DNA of 64,000 nucleotides from Coriobacteriales bacterium (GTDB taxonomy: Bacteria; Actinomycetota; Coriobacteriia; Coriobacteriales; QAMH01), in the NCBI GenBank assembly GCA_051876105.1, contig JBJEHN010000045.1:13010-77009 (forward strand), in the 5' to 3' direction. A model generated the notes under the pieces. That model did no database searches and was not told where the DNA came from. It saw only the letters and a list, made by a program, of their open reading frames with translations. Shown one piece after another: positions 28,150 to 37,811 of this stretch. Every line of letters starts with the position of its first letter. Within the stretch, counting starts at the first letter, position 1. The translations under genes were made by a program, and so were the position numbers.

Positions 28150-28692
28150 ATGGCACAAAGGTCCAACAACAAGGCCAACAAGCAGGCCAACCCTGCCGTC
28201 CCTGAGCTGGAGGAGCAGGTCGTCGTCATCAACCGCGTTTCCAAGACCGTCAAGGGCGGCCGTCGCCTGAGCCTCAGCGCGCTGGTCGTCGTGGGCAACC
28301 GCAACGGCAAGGTCGGCGTTGGCATGGGCAAGTCCGCTGAGGTGCCCCTGGCCATCTCCAAGGCCGTCGAGGACGCAAAGAAGAACATGTTCACCGTGCC
28401 CGTCACCGAGGCTGGCACCGTTCCCCACGAGGTCATCGGCGAGTTCGGCGCCGGCCGCGTGCTCATCAAGCCCGCTGTTGCAGGTACCGGTATCATCGCC
28501 GGCGGCCCCGTCCGCGCCCTGCTCGAGCTTGCAGGCATCAAGGACGTCATGTCCAAGTCCCTGGGCACCGACAACGCCATGAACGTCGTCAAGGCGGCTG
28601 CTGCCGGCCTGGCTGACCTGACCTCCCCCGAGGACGTCGCAGCCAAGCGCGGCATGGACCTCGGCAAGATCTACGGAAAGAAGGTTCAGTAA
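28150..28692 (+). CDS. rpsE: 30S ribosomal protein S5
   Basis: [26 protein letters not shown]. Confidence 0.95.
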   Translation: MAQRSNNKANKQANPAVPELEEQVVVINRVSKTVKGGRRLSLSALVVVGNRNGKVGVGMGKSAEVPLAISKAVEDAKKNMFTVPVTEAGTVPHEVIGEFGAGRVLIKPAVAGTGIIAGGPVRALLELAGIKDVMSKSLGTDNAMNVVKAAAAGLADLTSPEDVAAKRGMDLGKIYGKKVQ

Positions 28693-28877
28693 TGGCAGAG
28701 AAGACCCTGCGCGTGACCCAGGTGAAGTCCTCCATCGGCTACAAGAAGGACCAGCTGGCCACCCTCAAGAACCTTGGCCTCGGCAAGATCGGCCGCTCCC
28801 ACGAGCTCGTCGACAACGAGTGCGTCCGCGGCATGATCTTCAAGGTCAAGCACCTCATCGAGGTCGAGGAGATCTAA
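28692..28877 (+). CDS. rpmD: 50S ribosomal protein L30
   Basis: LRVTQVKSSIGYKKDQLATLKNLGL. TAATG overlap with rpsE. Confidence 0.93.
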   Translation: MAEKTLRVTQVKSSIGYKKDQLATLKNLGLGKIGRSHELVDNECVRGMIFKVKHLIEVEEI

Positions 28878-28894
28878 GCACTATCTGGTAATGG

Positions 28895-28926
28895 CCGAGC
28901 CGCCCGCATGGGCGGCTCGGTGTTGG
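28895..28926 (+). terminator. Hairpin after rpmD (terminator-like, weak U-tract)
   Basis: CCGAGCCGCCC-GCAT-GGGCGGCTCGG followed by TGTTGG. Confidence 0.4.
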
Positions 28927-28994
28927 AAGTCTGCCGGCGGCGAGCTGCCGGCTCACCCGTATAAAGGGTGCAAGCGATTCGAAGGAGAATCCAC

Positions 28995-29435
28995 ATGAAC
29001 CTGCATGACCTGAAGCCGGCTCCCGGCTCCACCCACTCCCGCAAGCGCGTCGGCCGCGGTGTCGGCTCCGGCTACGGCGGAACCTCCGGCCGCGGCATGA
29101 ACGGCCAGGGCTCCCGCGCTGGCGGCACCAAGGGCCCCGGCTTTGAGGGCGGCCAGACCCCGCTGGCGATGCGCCTCCCCAAGCTGCCCGGCTTCCGCAA
29201 CATCAACCGCAAGGAGTACCTGCCCGTCAACGTCTCCCGCATCGAGGCCAAGTATGAGGCTGGCGAGGTCGTGGACGGCGAGTCCCTGGTTGCCAAGGGC
29301 ATCATCAAGCACGCAGACTCCCTGGTGAAGGTCCTCGGCGACGGCGAGATCACCAAGGCTGTCACCATCAAGGGCCTCAAGGTCTCCGCTTCTGCACAGG
29401 CCAAGATCGAGGCTGCCGGCGGGAAGGTCGAGTAA
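28995..29435 (+). CDS. rplO: 50S ribosomal protein L15
   Basis: MNLHDLKPAPGSTHSRKRVGRGVGSG. GAAGGAG RBS. Confidence 0.95.
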   Translation: MNLHDLKPAPGSTHSRKRVGRGVGSGYGGTSGRGMNGQGSRAGGTKGPGFEGGQTPLAMRLPKLPGFRNINRKEYLPVNVSRIEAKYEAGEVVDGESLVAKGIIKHADSLVKVLGDGEITKAVTIKGLKVSASAQAKIEAAGGKVE

Positions 29436-29436
29436 C

Positions 29437-30735
29437 GTGTTTAAAGCTCTGGCAAACGCAATGAAGGTGAAGGAGCTCCGCAACAAGATCTTCTTCACCT
29501 TGGCGATCATCGCCCTCTACCGCGTGGGATCCTTCATCCCCGTGCCGGGCATCCCCTTTGCCGAGCTGGTCGATAGCTTCAAGGGCACTGGCGACGGAGC
29601 AGGTGCGGCTCTGCTGATGCTGAACCTGTTCTCGGGCGGTGCCCTCGAGTACTTCTCCGTGTTCTCCCTGGGCATCATGCCCTACATCACCGCATCTATC
29701 ATCATGCAGCTGATGCAGGGTGTCATTCCGGCCCTGGCCCGCTGGGCCAAGGAGGGCGAGACCGGTCAGCGCAAGATCACTCGCATCACCAGGTACCTCA
29801 CCTTGATCTTGGGCCTGATCAACGCGGTCGGCTATCTGATGCTCTTCCAGAGCCCCCAGTTCGGTATCAACTTTGCCAACAACGGCATGCCCGCATGGCT
29901 CACCAGCATCATCATCGTCGTCACCCTGGTGGCAGGCACCGCCTTCATCATGTGGATGGGCGAGCTCATCACCCAGCGCGGCATCGGCAACGGCATGTCC
30001 CTCATCATCTTCGCGAACATCATCGCGCGCCTCCCGGGCGCTCTGTGGGACTCCGTCCAGACCTCGTCTGACATGATGCAGGGCGTCCTGCTCACGGTTG
30101 TCATCGTCTTGGTCATCCTCATCGTGATCCCCGCCATCGTATTCATCGAGCGCGGCCAGCGCAGGATCCCGGTGTCCTACTCCAAGCGCGTTGTCGGCCG
30201 CCGCATGATGGGTGGCCAGACCACCTACCTGCCCTTCAAGGTCAACGGCTCCGGCGTCATCCCCATCATCTTCGCTTCAGCCATCCTGTACCTGCCCGCT
30301 CAGATCGCCGCGTTCTTCGGCGATGTGGGTTGGCTGAGCTCCTTTGCCAACTTCTGCACCGCAGGCGCTGGCAACTGGATCCTCACCGTCGTGCTGATCG
30401 TGTTCTTCGCCTACTTCTACACCTCCATGATGTACCACCCGGAGGAAACCGCGGAGAACCTCAAGAACAACGGCGGCTTCATCCCCGGCGTGCGCCCCGG
30501 TGGCGCCACCGTCCAGTACATGAAGGACGTCATCAACCACATCACCCTCCCGGGTGCCGTGTTCCTGGCTGTCATCGCCGTGGTGCCGTCCATCCTGTAC
30601 TCCTTCAGCGGCAACACGCTGATCCAGCTCTTCGGCGGCACTTCTGTGCTGATCATGGTCGGCGTCGCGCTCGACACCATGACCAAGCTGGAAAGCGCGC
30701 TGAAGATGCACAACTACGACGGCTTCTTCAAGTAA
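29437..30735 (+). CDS. secY: Preprotein translocase subunit SecY (GTG start)
   Basis: 432 aa, 10 TM, LFSGGALEYFSVFSLGIMPYITASI. Confidence 0.95.
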   Translation: MFKALANAMKVKELRNKIFFTLAIIALYRVGSFIPVPGIPFAELVDSFKGTGDGAGAALLMLNLFSGGALEYFSVFSLGIMPYITASIIMQLMQGVIPALARWAKEGETGQRKITRITRYLTLILGLINAVGYLMLFQSPQFGINFANNGMPAWLTSIIIVVTLVAGTAFIMWMGELITQRGIGNGMSLIIFANIIARLPGALWDSVQTSSDMMQGVLLTVVIVLVILIVIPAIVFIERGQRRIPVSYSKRVVGRRMMGGQTTYLPFKVNGSGVIPIIFASAILYLPAQIAAFFGDVGWLSSFANFCTAGAGNWILTVVLIVFFAYFYTSMMYHPEETAENLKNNGGFIPGVRPGGATVQYMKDVINHITLPGAVFLAVIAVVPSILYSFSGNTLIQLFGGTSVLIMVGVALDTMTKLESALKMHNYDGFFK

Positions 30736-30813
30736 GAGCGCGTAGAGCTTAACGAGCCAAGGCGGCCTCTCCCCATGAGGGGCGGGGCCGTCTTCTTATC
30801 TGAGGAGTTCAAC

Positions 30814-31440
30814 ATGAACATCGTGCTTCTGGGCGCCCCCGGCGCCGGCAAGGGCACCCAGTCCGCCAAGCTGGTCGAGGCCTTCGGCTTCAAGCATGTC
30901 TCCACCGGCGACCTGCTGCGCGCTGCCGTCAAGGAGGGCACCGAGCTGGGCGTCAAGGCCAAGGGCTACATGGACGCAGGCGAGCTCGTCCCCGACGAGG
31001 TCGTCATCGGTCTGGTTGAGGAGCTGCTCAAGGCTGACCCCACCGCCAACTACCTGCTCGACGGCTTCCCCCGCACCTCAGCCCAGGCTGTCGCCCTCGA
31101 CGGCGTCATGGCTGAGCTGGGCGTGAAGCTCGACATGGCCGTCTCCATCGATGTCGACAACGAGGTCGTCGTCGAGCGCATCTCCAAGCGCCGCCTGTGC
31201 AAGGGCTGCAGCTACATCGGCACCGCAGCCGACGGCGAGAAGTGCCCCGTCTGCGGCGGCGAGCTCTACCAGCGCGCAGATGACAACGCAGACTCCGTGC
31301 GCACCCGCCTCGAGGCCTACGACAAGTCCACCGCCCCGCTGATCGACTACTACCGCGGCAACGGGATCCTCGTCTCCGTCAACGGCGACCAGGCACCGGA
31401 GGTCGTCTTCGCATCCATCAAGGAGGCGGCACAGCTCTAA
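30814..31440 (+). CDS. adk: Adenylate kinase (Cys4 zinc lid)
   Basis: MNIVLLGAPGAGKGTQ. Lid sequence CKGCS...CPVCGG. Confidence 0.95.
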   Translation: MNIVLLGAPGAGKGTQSAKLVEAFGFKHVSTGDLLRAAVKEGTELGVKAKGYMDAGELVPDEVVIGLVEELLKADPTANYLLDGFPRTSAQAVALDGVMAELGVKLDMAVSIDVDNEVVVERISKRRLCKGCSYIGTAADGEKCPVCGGELYQRADDNADSVRTRLEAYDKSTAPLIDYYRGNGILVSVNGDQAPEVVFASIKEAAQL

Positions 31441-32207
31441 TGGCACGCCTGAGGGAAAAGCCCATTCTCAAGAGCAAGGGCGAGATCGAGGCCTTCAAGG
31501 CCGCCGGTGCGCTCAGCGCCAAGGTGCTGCGCCTTGCCGGAGAGGTCATCCGCCCCGGCATCTCCACCTGGGAGATCGACGACTACATCGAGACGATGAT
31601 CCGCCTCGAGGGGGGCACGCCCTCCTTCAAGGGGCTCTACGGCTTCCCGGGCTCTGCCTGCATCTCCATCAACGACATGGTCGTCCACGGCATCCCCAGC
31701 AAGAAGACCATCCTCAAGTCCGGCGACATCGTCTCGATCGACACCGGCGCGACGGTTGACGGCTGGGTGGGCGACAACGCCTATACCTACGCCGTGGGCA
31801 CCATCTCCGAGGGGGACAAGGAACTCCTCGAGGTGACCGAGCAGTGCATGTGGGCCGGCATCAACGCCGCACAGCCCGGCAACACGCTGGGTGACATCGG
31901 CCATGCCATCCAGCACCTGGCCGAGTCCCACGGCTTCGGCGTGCTGCGCGAGTACGTGGGCCACGGCGTGGGCCGCGTCATGCACGAGCCGCCCAACGTG
32001 CCCAACTACGGGCGCCCCGGCAAGGGCATGAGGCTCGAGCCGGGCCTGGTGATCGCCATCGAGCCCATGATCACCTTCGGCTCCTACCGCGTGCACACCA
32101 TTGAGGACGGCTGGGGCGTCGTCACCGACGACGGCTCCAACGCCGCGCACTTCGAGAAGACCATCGCGGTGACCGAAGACGGGCCGGTGCTTATCACTAA
32201 CGAATAA
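31440..32207 (+). CDS. map: Type I methionine aminopeptidase
   Basis: Metal ligand contexts DIVSIDTG, GHGVG and IEPM. TAATG overlap with adk. Confidence 0.93.
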   Translation: MARLREKPILKSKGEIEAFKAAGALSAKVLRLAGEVIRPGISTWEIDDYIETMIRLEGGTPSFKGLYGFPGSACISINDMVVHGIPSKKTILKSGDIVSIDTGATVDGWVGDNAYTYAVGTISEGDKELLEVTEQCMWAGINAAQPGNTLGDIGHAIQHLAESHGFGVLREYVGHGVGRVMHEPPNVPNYGRPGKGMRLEPGLVIAIEPMITFGSYRVHTIEDGWGVVTDDGSNAAHFEKTIAVTEDGPVLITNE

Positions 32208-32220
32208 GATAAAAAAGCTC

Positions 32221-32264
32221 TTGCAATAGGCAGTCGGATTGCAGTAATATATCCGACTGCCTAT
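32221..32264 (+). promoter_or_regulatory. Candidate infA promoter (TTGCAA-18-TAATAT) embedded in a perfect 14-bp inverted repeat
   Basis: ATAGGCAGTCGGAT (32226-32239) and ATCCGACTGCCTAT (32251-32264). The -10 TAATAT (32245-32250) lies in the loop. Confidence 0.45.
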
Positions 32265-32291
32265 CTGTGTTTACTGGAGGAGTAATAACTC

Positions 32292-32510
32292 GTGGCAAAA
32301 GAAGATGCAATTGAACTTGAGGGCACGGTCGTAGAGCCGCTTCCCAACGCAATGTTCAAGGTCGAGCTCGAGAACGGCCATCAGGTCCTGGCCCATATCT
32401 CCGGCAAGATGCGCATGCACTACATCAAGATCCTCCCTGGGGACAAGGTCACCATCGAGCTTTCCCCCTACGATCTTGACCGCGGCAGGATCACCTACCG
32501 CTACAAGTAG
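32292..32510 (+). CDS. infA: Translation initiation factor IF-1 (GTG start)
   Basis: [29 protein letters not shown]. Confidence 0.95.
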   Translation: MAKEDAIELEGTVVEPLPNAMFKVELENGHQVLAHISGKMRMHYIKILPGDKVTIELSPYDLDRGRITYRYK

Positions 32511-32538
32511 CACCAAAGCCTCTCGGCACCTTCTATAT

Positions 32539-32575
32539 GAGAGGCGAAAGAGGCTTCGCCTCTCTTTGCTTTGTT
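32539..32575 (+). terminator. Rho-independent terminator after infA
   Basis: GAGAGGCGAA-AGAGGC-TTCGCCTCTC followed by TTTGCTTTGTT. Confidence 0.65.
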
Positions 32576-32649
32576 AGGAAAACAACCGCCTGCGGCTGGG
32601 CGTGTACATAGATGTGTAGTGTTAAGCACTATCGAAAGGTATGTGAATT

Positions 32650-32763
32650 ATGAAGGTACGTCCTTCGGTCAAGCGAATGTGCGATAAGTGCAAGGTCATC
32701 CGACGCCATGGCAAGGTTTACGTGATCTGCGAGAACCCCCGCCACAAGCAGCGTCAGGGTTAA
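32650..32763 (+). CDS. rpmJ: 50S ribosomal protein L36 (37 aa; below the track cutoff)
   Basis: My own translation: [37 protein letters not shown]. Confidence 0.92.
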   Translation: MKVRPSVKRMCDKCKVIRRHGKVYVICENPRHKQRQG

Positions 32764-32778
32764 AGGAAGGGAACGACA

Positions 32779-33150
32779 TTGGCTCGTATTCTTGGTGTCG
32801 ACCTTCCGCGCGAGAAGCGCGTGGAAATCGGTCTGACTTATATCTACGGCATCGGTCTGACCAGCGCAAAGAAGATCTGCGCTGCCACCGGCGTGAACCC
32901 GGACACCCGTGTCCGCGACCTCACTGAGGAAGAGACCATCAAGCTCCGCGACTACATCGACGCAAACTTCACCGTCGAGGGTGACCTCCGTCGCGAGACC
33001 TCTCAGAACATCAAGCGCCTGATGGAGATCGGCTGCTACCGCGGCCTCCGTCATCGCAAGGGCCTGCCCGTTCGCGGCCAGCGCACCCACACCAACGCCC
33101 GTACCCGCAAGGGTCCGCGCAAGCAGATCGGCGCAAGGAAAAAGGGCTAA
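32779..33150 (+). CDS. rpsM: 30S ribosomal protein S13 (TTG start)
   Basis: [25 protein letters not shown]. Confidence 0.95.
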   Translation: MARILGVDLPREKRVEIGLTYIYGIGLTSAKKICAATGVNPDTRVRDLTEEETIKLRDYIDANFTVEGDLRRETSQNIKRLMEIGCYRGLRHRKGLPVRGQRTHTNARTRKGPRKQIGARKKG

Positions 33151-33163
33151 GGTGAGGTAGAAC

Positions 33164-33562
33164 ATGGCTAAGAAGAAGGTCCAGAACACTCGCATCCGCC
33201 GCGCGGATCGCAAGAACATCTCCGTTGGACAGGCTCACATCAAGAGCACGTTCAACAACACCATCGTCAGCATCACTGACACCCGTGGCAACGTCATCTC
33301 CTGGCAGTCTGCCGGTACCGTTGGCTTCAAGGGCAGCCGCAAGTCCACCCCGTTTGCTGCCCAGATGGCTGCCGAGCAGGCCGCCAAGATGGCCATGGAG
33401 CACGGCATGCGCAAGGTCGCTGTCTTCGTCAAGGGCCCCGGCTCTGGTCGCGAGACCGCAGTCCGCTCCCTCCAGGCCGCTGGCCTCGAGGTGGCATCCA
33501 TCCAGGATTGCACCCCCATCCCCCACAACGGTTGCCGTCCGTGCAAGCGTCGTCGCGGCTAG
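33164..33562 (+). CDS. rpsK: 30S ribosomal protein S11
   Basis: [20 protein letters not shown]. Confidence 0.95.
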   Translation: MAKKKVQNTRIRRADRKNISVGQAHIKSTFNNTIVSITDTRGNVISWQSAGTVGFKGSRKSTPFAAQMAAEQAAKMAMEHGMRKVAVFVKGPGSGRETAVRSLQAAGLEVASIQDCTPIPHNGCRPCKRRRG

Positions 33563-33580
33563 TAAGGAAGGATTGTTAAT

Positions 33581-34207
33581 ATGGCACGTTACACCGGAGC
33601 AGACTGCCGTCTGTGCCGTCGCGAGGGCGCAAAGCTCTTCCTGAAGGGCGACCGCTGCTACAGCGAGAAGTGCGCCATGGAGCGCCGCCCCTACGCCCCC
33701 GGCATGGCTGGTCAGAAGCGCGTCCGCGAGTCTGAGTACCGCACCCAGCTGCGCGAGAAGCAGAAGACCAAGCGCATCTACGGCCTGCAGGAGAAGCAGT
33801 TCCATCACTACTACGAGATCGCCAACCGCCAGCAGGGCAAGACCGGCGAGAACCTCCTCCGCATCCTGGAGTCCCGTCTGGACAACGTCGTGTTCCGCCT
33901 TGGCTTCGCCAAGTCCCGCGACGAAGCCCGTCAGACCGTCCGCCACAACCACATCACTGTGAACGGCAAGAAGGTCAACATCCCGTCTTTCCGCGTCAAG
34001 CCCGGCGACCTGGTTGCAGTGGCCCCCAAGGCCAAGGACCTGCTCCCCATCAAGAGCGCTCTCATTTCCAACGAGCGCACCGAGGTTCCCGGTTGGCTTG
34101 AGGTCGACATCGAGAAGCTGCAGGGCTCTGTCCTGTCTCTGCCCACTCGCGAGCAGATCGATCTCGACATCAAGGAGCAGCTCATCGTCGAGCTCTACTC
34201 CAAGTAA
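33581..34207 (+). CDS. rpsD: 30S ribosomal protein S4
   Basis: [27 protein letters not shown]4 domain. Confidence 0.95.
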   Translation: MARYTGADCRLCRREGAKLFLKGDRCYSEKCAMERRPYAPGMAGQKRVRESEYRTQLREKQKTKRIYGLQEKQFHHYYEIANRQQGKTGENLLRILESRLDNVVFRLGFAKSRDEARQTVRHNHITVNGKKVNIPSFRVKPGDLVAVAPKAKDLLPIKSALISNERTEVPGWLEVDIEKLQGSVLSLPTREQIDLDIKEQLIVELYSK

Positions 34208-34253
34208 GCAAGTCCTGTTCTATCCGTTCAAGTCTCAAGGAGGCTTTTAACAT

Positions 34254-35195
34254 ATGACTGAGTTCATGAGGCCCAAGGTCACCGTCGAGGAGATCGACGA
34301 GAACACCGCGCGCTTTGTCATGGAGCCCCTGGAGCGTGGCTACGGCTACACGCTCGGCAACAGCATGCGCCGCGTGCTGCTGTCCTCCCTCGATGGCGCA
34401 GCGGTTACCGCGATCAAGATCGAGGGTGTGCAGCATGAGTTCACCTCCGCACCCGGTGTCGTCGAGGACGTGACCGACATCGTCTTGAACATCAAGGGAC
34501 TTGTCTTCTCCGCCCTGGGTACCGGTGAGGAGGCTACGGCCACCCTCTCCGCCGAGGGCCCCTGCACTGTCACTGGCGCAGACCTCGAGGTCCCCGCTGA
34601 GTTCCAGCTGGTCAACCCCGAGCACGTGATCGCAACCCTGGCCGAGAACGCCAAGCTCGAGATGAGCCTGCGCATCGGCGTGGGCCGCGGTTATGTCTCT
34701 GCCGAGCGCAACAAGCGCACCGAGGATCCCATCGGCATCATCCATGTCGACTCCCTGTTCTCGCCTGTCCGCCGCTGCACCATGGACGTCACGGACACCC
34801 GCGTCGCCCAGCGCACCGACTACGACAAGCTGATCCTCGAGGTCGAGACCAACGGCTCCATCGACCCCGTGAGCGCTGTCTGCCAGTCTGCAAACATCGT
34901 CAACCAGCACATGAGCGCCTTCCTGACCCTCGACGAGTCCGCCGAGGAGGCAGAGGTTGCCAGCATCTTCGCCCCCGAGGGCCCGAGCAAGAACACCGAG
35001 CTCGAGAAGCAGATTGAGGACCTGGACCTCTCCGTCCGCTCCTACAACTGCCTGAAGCGCGCCGGCATCCACTCTGTGCGCCAGCTGGTGGAGTATTCCG
35101 AGAACGATCTGCTCAATATCCGCAACTTCGGTGCCAAATCGATTGAAGAGGTCAAGGACAAGCTTCAGTCGATGGACCTGAGCCTTAAGATGTAA
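34254..35195 (+). CDS. rpoA: DNA-directed RNA polymerase alpha subunit
   Basis: GYGYTLGNSMRRVLLSS; C-terminal domain LSVRSYNCLKRAGI. Confidence 0.95.
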   Translation: MTEFMRPKVTVEEIDENTARFVMEPLERGYGYTLGNSMRRVLLSSLDGAAVTAIKIEGVQHEFTSAPGVVEDVTDIVLNIKGLVFSALGTGEEATATLSAEGPCTVTGADLEVPAEFQLVNPEHVIATLAENAKLEMSLRIGVGRGYVSAERNKRTEDPIGIIHVDSLFSPVRRCTMDVTDTRVAQRTDYDKLILEVETNGSIDPVSAVCQSANIVNQHMSAFLTLDESAEEAEVASIFAPEGPSKNTELEKQIEDLDLSVRSYNCLKRAGIHSVRQLVEYSENDLLNIRNFGAKSIEEVKDKLQSMDLSLKM

Positions 35196-35207
35196 GTAGG
35201 AGATGTA

Positions 35208-35744
35208 ATGAGGCATTACAAGAAGGGCCGCAAGCTTGGCACTGATGCCAGCCACACCAAGGCCATGAAGAAGAGCTTGCTGGTCGCAATTTTCACCAAC
35301 GACCGCATTAAGACCATTGAGTCTCGCGCCAAGGAGGTCCGCTCCGAGGTCGACCGCGTCATCAGCTGGGCCAAGAAGGGCGACCTGCACTCCCGCCGCC
35401 TGGCCATCGCCAAGGTGGGCGACAAGGAGCTCGTCCGCGAGGTCTTTGAGAAGGCCGCTCAGGGCATGTGGGCAGACCGCAACGGCGGTTACACCCGCAT
35501 CATGAAGCTCGGCCCCCGCAAGGGCGACAACGCCCCCATGGTCATCATCGAGCTCGTGACCGAGGCCTGCACCCCCAAGGTCAAGGCAGAGGCCCCCGTC
35601 GAGGCCGCTGCCCCCGCTGCTGAGGTCGAGGAGACCGCTGCAGAGGAGACCGTTGAGGCCGCAGAGGTCGAGGAGACCGCAGAGGCTGAGGAGGCTCCCG
35701 CAGAGGAGGCCGCCGAGGCTGAGGCCGAGGCCGAGAAGGAGTAG
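35208..35744 (+). CDS. rplQ: 50S ribosomal protein L17 with Ala/Glu-rich C-terminal extension
   Basis: MRHYKKGRKLGTDASH...GGYTRI. About 55-aa acidic tail. Confidence 0.93.
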   Translation: MRHYKKGRKLGTDASHTKAMKKSLLVAIFTNDRIKTIESRAKEVRSEVDRVISWAKKGDLHSRRLAIAKVGDKELVREVFEKAAQGMWADRNGGYTRIMKLGPRKGDNAPMVIIELVTEACTPKVKAEAPVEAAAPAAEVEETAAEETVEAAEVEETAEAEEAPAEEAAEAEAEAEKE

Positions 35745-35766
35745 CACTCCTCAGGAGTTGCACCCC

Positions 35767-36600
35767 ATGATGAACAGGCTTGCCTTCGGAAGCTATATCC
35801 CTGGCAAGAGCGCTGTCCACAAAGCGAACGCGCAGGTCAAGATCATCTTGGCCTGCGCTTTGTCTTTGGGGGCGTTCTTCGTCGAGAGCTGGGCGGGGCT
35901 GGGCCTCCTGTGGCTGCTGGTGGTGCTGGGCTACGCCGCAGCGCGCCTGCCGCTGGCGCATGCCCTGCGGGGCGTGAAGCCGGTGGCCTTCATCCTGGTG
36001 GTGACCGTACTCTGCAACTGCCTGGGCCCGCTGGATGGGGGCGGCGTGCGCGCAGGCGTGCCGGGCTCGCTGGGCGCGCAGGGCTCATGGGCGCTTGCGC
36101 AAGGCTGGGGCCTGAGCTTGGACGGGCTGGCCGTGGGTGCCTTCTTCGCGCTGCGCATCGCCCTGCTGGTGGCCGCCTGCTGCCTGCTGAGCTTCAGCAC
36201 TTCGCAAGAGGAGCTGTTGAGGGGTCTGCGCACCCTGTTGGGGCCGCTGCGCCATCTGCGCGTGCCGGTCGACGACCTCTGCATGGTGGCGAGCATGGCG
36301 CTGCGCTTCCTGCCGTTGGTGAGCGATGAGCTGCAGCGGGTGCGTCGGGGGCGCGAGGCCCGCGGCATGTGCTTTGAAGGCGCGGGGGCTGCGGCGGCCG
36401 TGCGCGCTTGGTGCTCGGTGCTGGTGCCGGTGATGGTGGGGCTCTTCAAGCGGGCAGACCGCCTGGCCGTTGCCATGGACGCGCGCTGTTACGGCACGGG
36501 CCCGCGCACGGCGCTTTGCGCCAACGCGCTGCGCGGGGCAGACATCGCAGCCCTGGCTGCCGGATTGGCAATAATCGCTGCCTTGGGTATTCTGCTCTAA
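35767..36600 (+). CDS. ecfT: Energy-coupling factor transporter transmembrane component EcfT (CbiQ family)
   Basis: Multi-TM protein with the coupling-helix Ala-Arg-Gly signature (REARGM). Sits at the canonical rplQ...truA position. ATG 35767 chosen because the longer ORF overlaps rplQ. Confidence 0.8.
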   Translation: MMNRLAFGSYIPGKSAVHKANAQVKIILACALSLGAFFVESWAGLGLLWLLVVLGYAAARLPLAHALRGVKPVAFILVVTVLCNCLGPLDGGGVRAGVPGSLGAQGSWALAQGWGLSLDGLAVGAFFALRIALLVAACCLLSFSTSQEELLRGLRTLLGPLRHLRVPVDDLCMVASMALRFLPLVSDELQRVRRGREARGMCFEGAGAAAAVRAWCSVLVPVMVGLFKRADRLAVAMDARCYGTGPRTALCANALRGADIAALAAGLAIIAALGILL

Positions 36601-36651
36601 GGTATTGGCTGCGTTAACCCATAATGGTGCGAGCAGCGTACTGCCCCGGAT

Positions 36652-36794
36652 CGTCATTTCGACCGGAGGCGCGATCAGCGCCGGAGTGGAGAAATCTCAG
36701 GTTGAGCGCCTAGACCGTGTCTCGAGCTTCGGTCTCCCAACTCAACCCGAGATTTCTCCACGCGCTCACTGGCGTTCGCTTGGTCGAAATGACG
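36652..36794. repeat. 143-bp palindromic intergenic element, itself flanked by an 11-bp inverted repeat (36611-36621 / 36814-36824)
   Basis: CGTCATTTCGACC...GGTCGAAATGACG termini. Inner GGAGAAATCTCAGGTTGAG / CTCAACCCGAGATTTCTCC. Outer GCGTTAACCCA / TGGGTTAACGC. Confidence 0.7.
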
Positions 36795-36888
36795 TGTAGA
36801 GGGGCTTCCCTTGTGGGTTAACGCATCCAGTTCTGGGCTCGCCTGCGGTGGTTTGATGCAGGCTTCAAAGCAGGTTGGGAGGAAGGTA

Positions 36889-37707
36889 ATGGACACTGTG
36901 CACCAGCCGGAGATGAGCACGCTGGTGCTGCGCTGCGCCTATGACGGCGCGGGCTTCTGCGGCTTTGCAAAGCAGAAGGACCCTGCCATCCGCACGGTGC
37001 AGGAGTGCCTGGAGCAGGCGCTCTCAACGGTGTTCAGGATGCCGGTTGAGACGGTTTGCGCTGGCCGCACGGACACGGGCGTGCACGCGCTCGACCAGCA
37101 CCTGAGCTTCCAGGTGCCCGCAGAGCTCGCGAGCCGCTACACCAGCTACTCGCTCGTCAAGTCCCTCAATGCCCTCACAGACGACGACATCGCCGTGCGC
37201 GAGGTGGGCATCGCTTGGGACCCGGCGTTTTCCGCGCGCTTCAGCGTGGAGTGGCGCGAGTACCGCTACCGCCTGGTCTTCGGCACGGTGCCGCCGCTCT
37301 TCCTACGCAGCTACGCCTGGTGGGTGCGCACACCGCTCGACGTTGAGGCGATGGAGCAGGCAGCCGCCTACCTGGTGGGCGAGCACGACTTCAAGTCGTT
37401 TTGCAAGGCGGAAAGCGCCGTTGGCAAGAACACCGTGCGCACCGTCAAGAGCATCGAGCTGCTCTGGGAGGAGCAGCTGGGCGAGCGCTGCCTGGTGGTG
37501 AGGGTGGTGGGCAACGCCTTCCTGCACTCCATGATCCGCACGATCGTGGGCTCGCTGGTGGACGTGGGTGCCGGCCGCCGCGCGCCGCAGTGGATGGGGG
37601 AGGTGCTGGCTGCCTGCGACCGCACGGCTGCCGGGGCAAACGCCCCTGCCTGCGGGCTGGTCTTCCACAAGGTCACCTACCCCGAGAACTCCTGGACCGC
37701 GCTGTAA
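36889..37707 (+). CDS. truA: tRNA pseudouridine(38-40) synthase TruA
   Basis: YDGAGFCGFAKQ and catalytic GRTDTGVHA. GGAGG RBS before ATG 36889. Confidence 0.9.
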   Translation: MDTVHQPEMSTLVLRCAYDGAGFCGFAKQKDPAIRTVQECLEQALSTVFRMPVETVCAGRTDTGVHALDQHLSFQVPAELASRYTSYSLVKSLNALTDDDIAVREVGIAWDPAFSARFSVEWREYRYRLVFGTVPPLFLRSYAWWVRTPLDVEAMEQAAAYLVGEHDFKSFCKAESAVGKNTVRTVKSIELLWEEQLGERCLVVRVVGNAFLHSMIRTIVGSLVDVGAGRRAPQWMGEVLAACDRTAAGANAPACGLVFHKVTYPENSWTAL

Positions 37708-37811
37708 AGCAACAGCTGGGCATCTTGCGGGGGAATTTGGCGCGAGCTGTTGGGCCTGGGGTAGACTGTTGGACGTCAGGCGCTCGCGCGCACGTTTGCG
37801 AAAGGAACATC

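Noticed and set aside
35653-35766. ecfT ORF extension overlapping the 3' end of rplQ
   Set aside because: The extension is Arg/Pro-rich, read out of frame from the L17 acidic tail. Homology and the first TM segment begin at ATG 35767.
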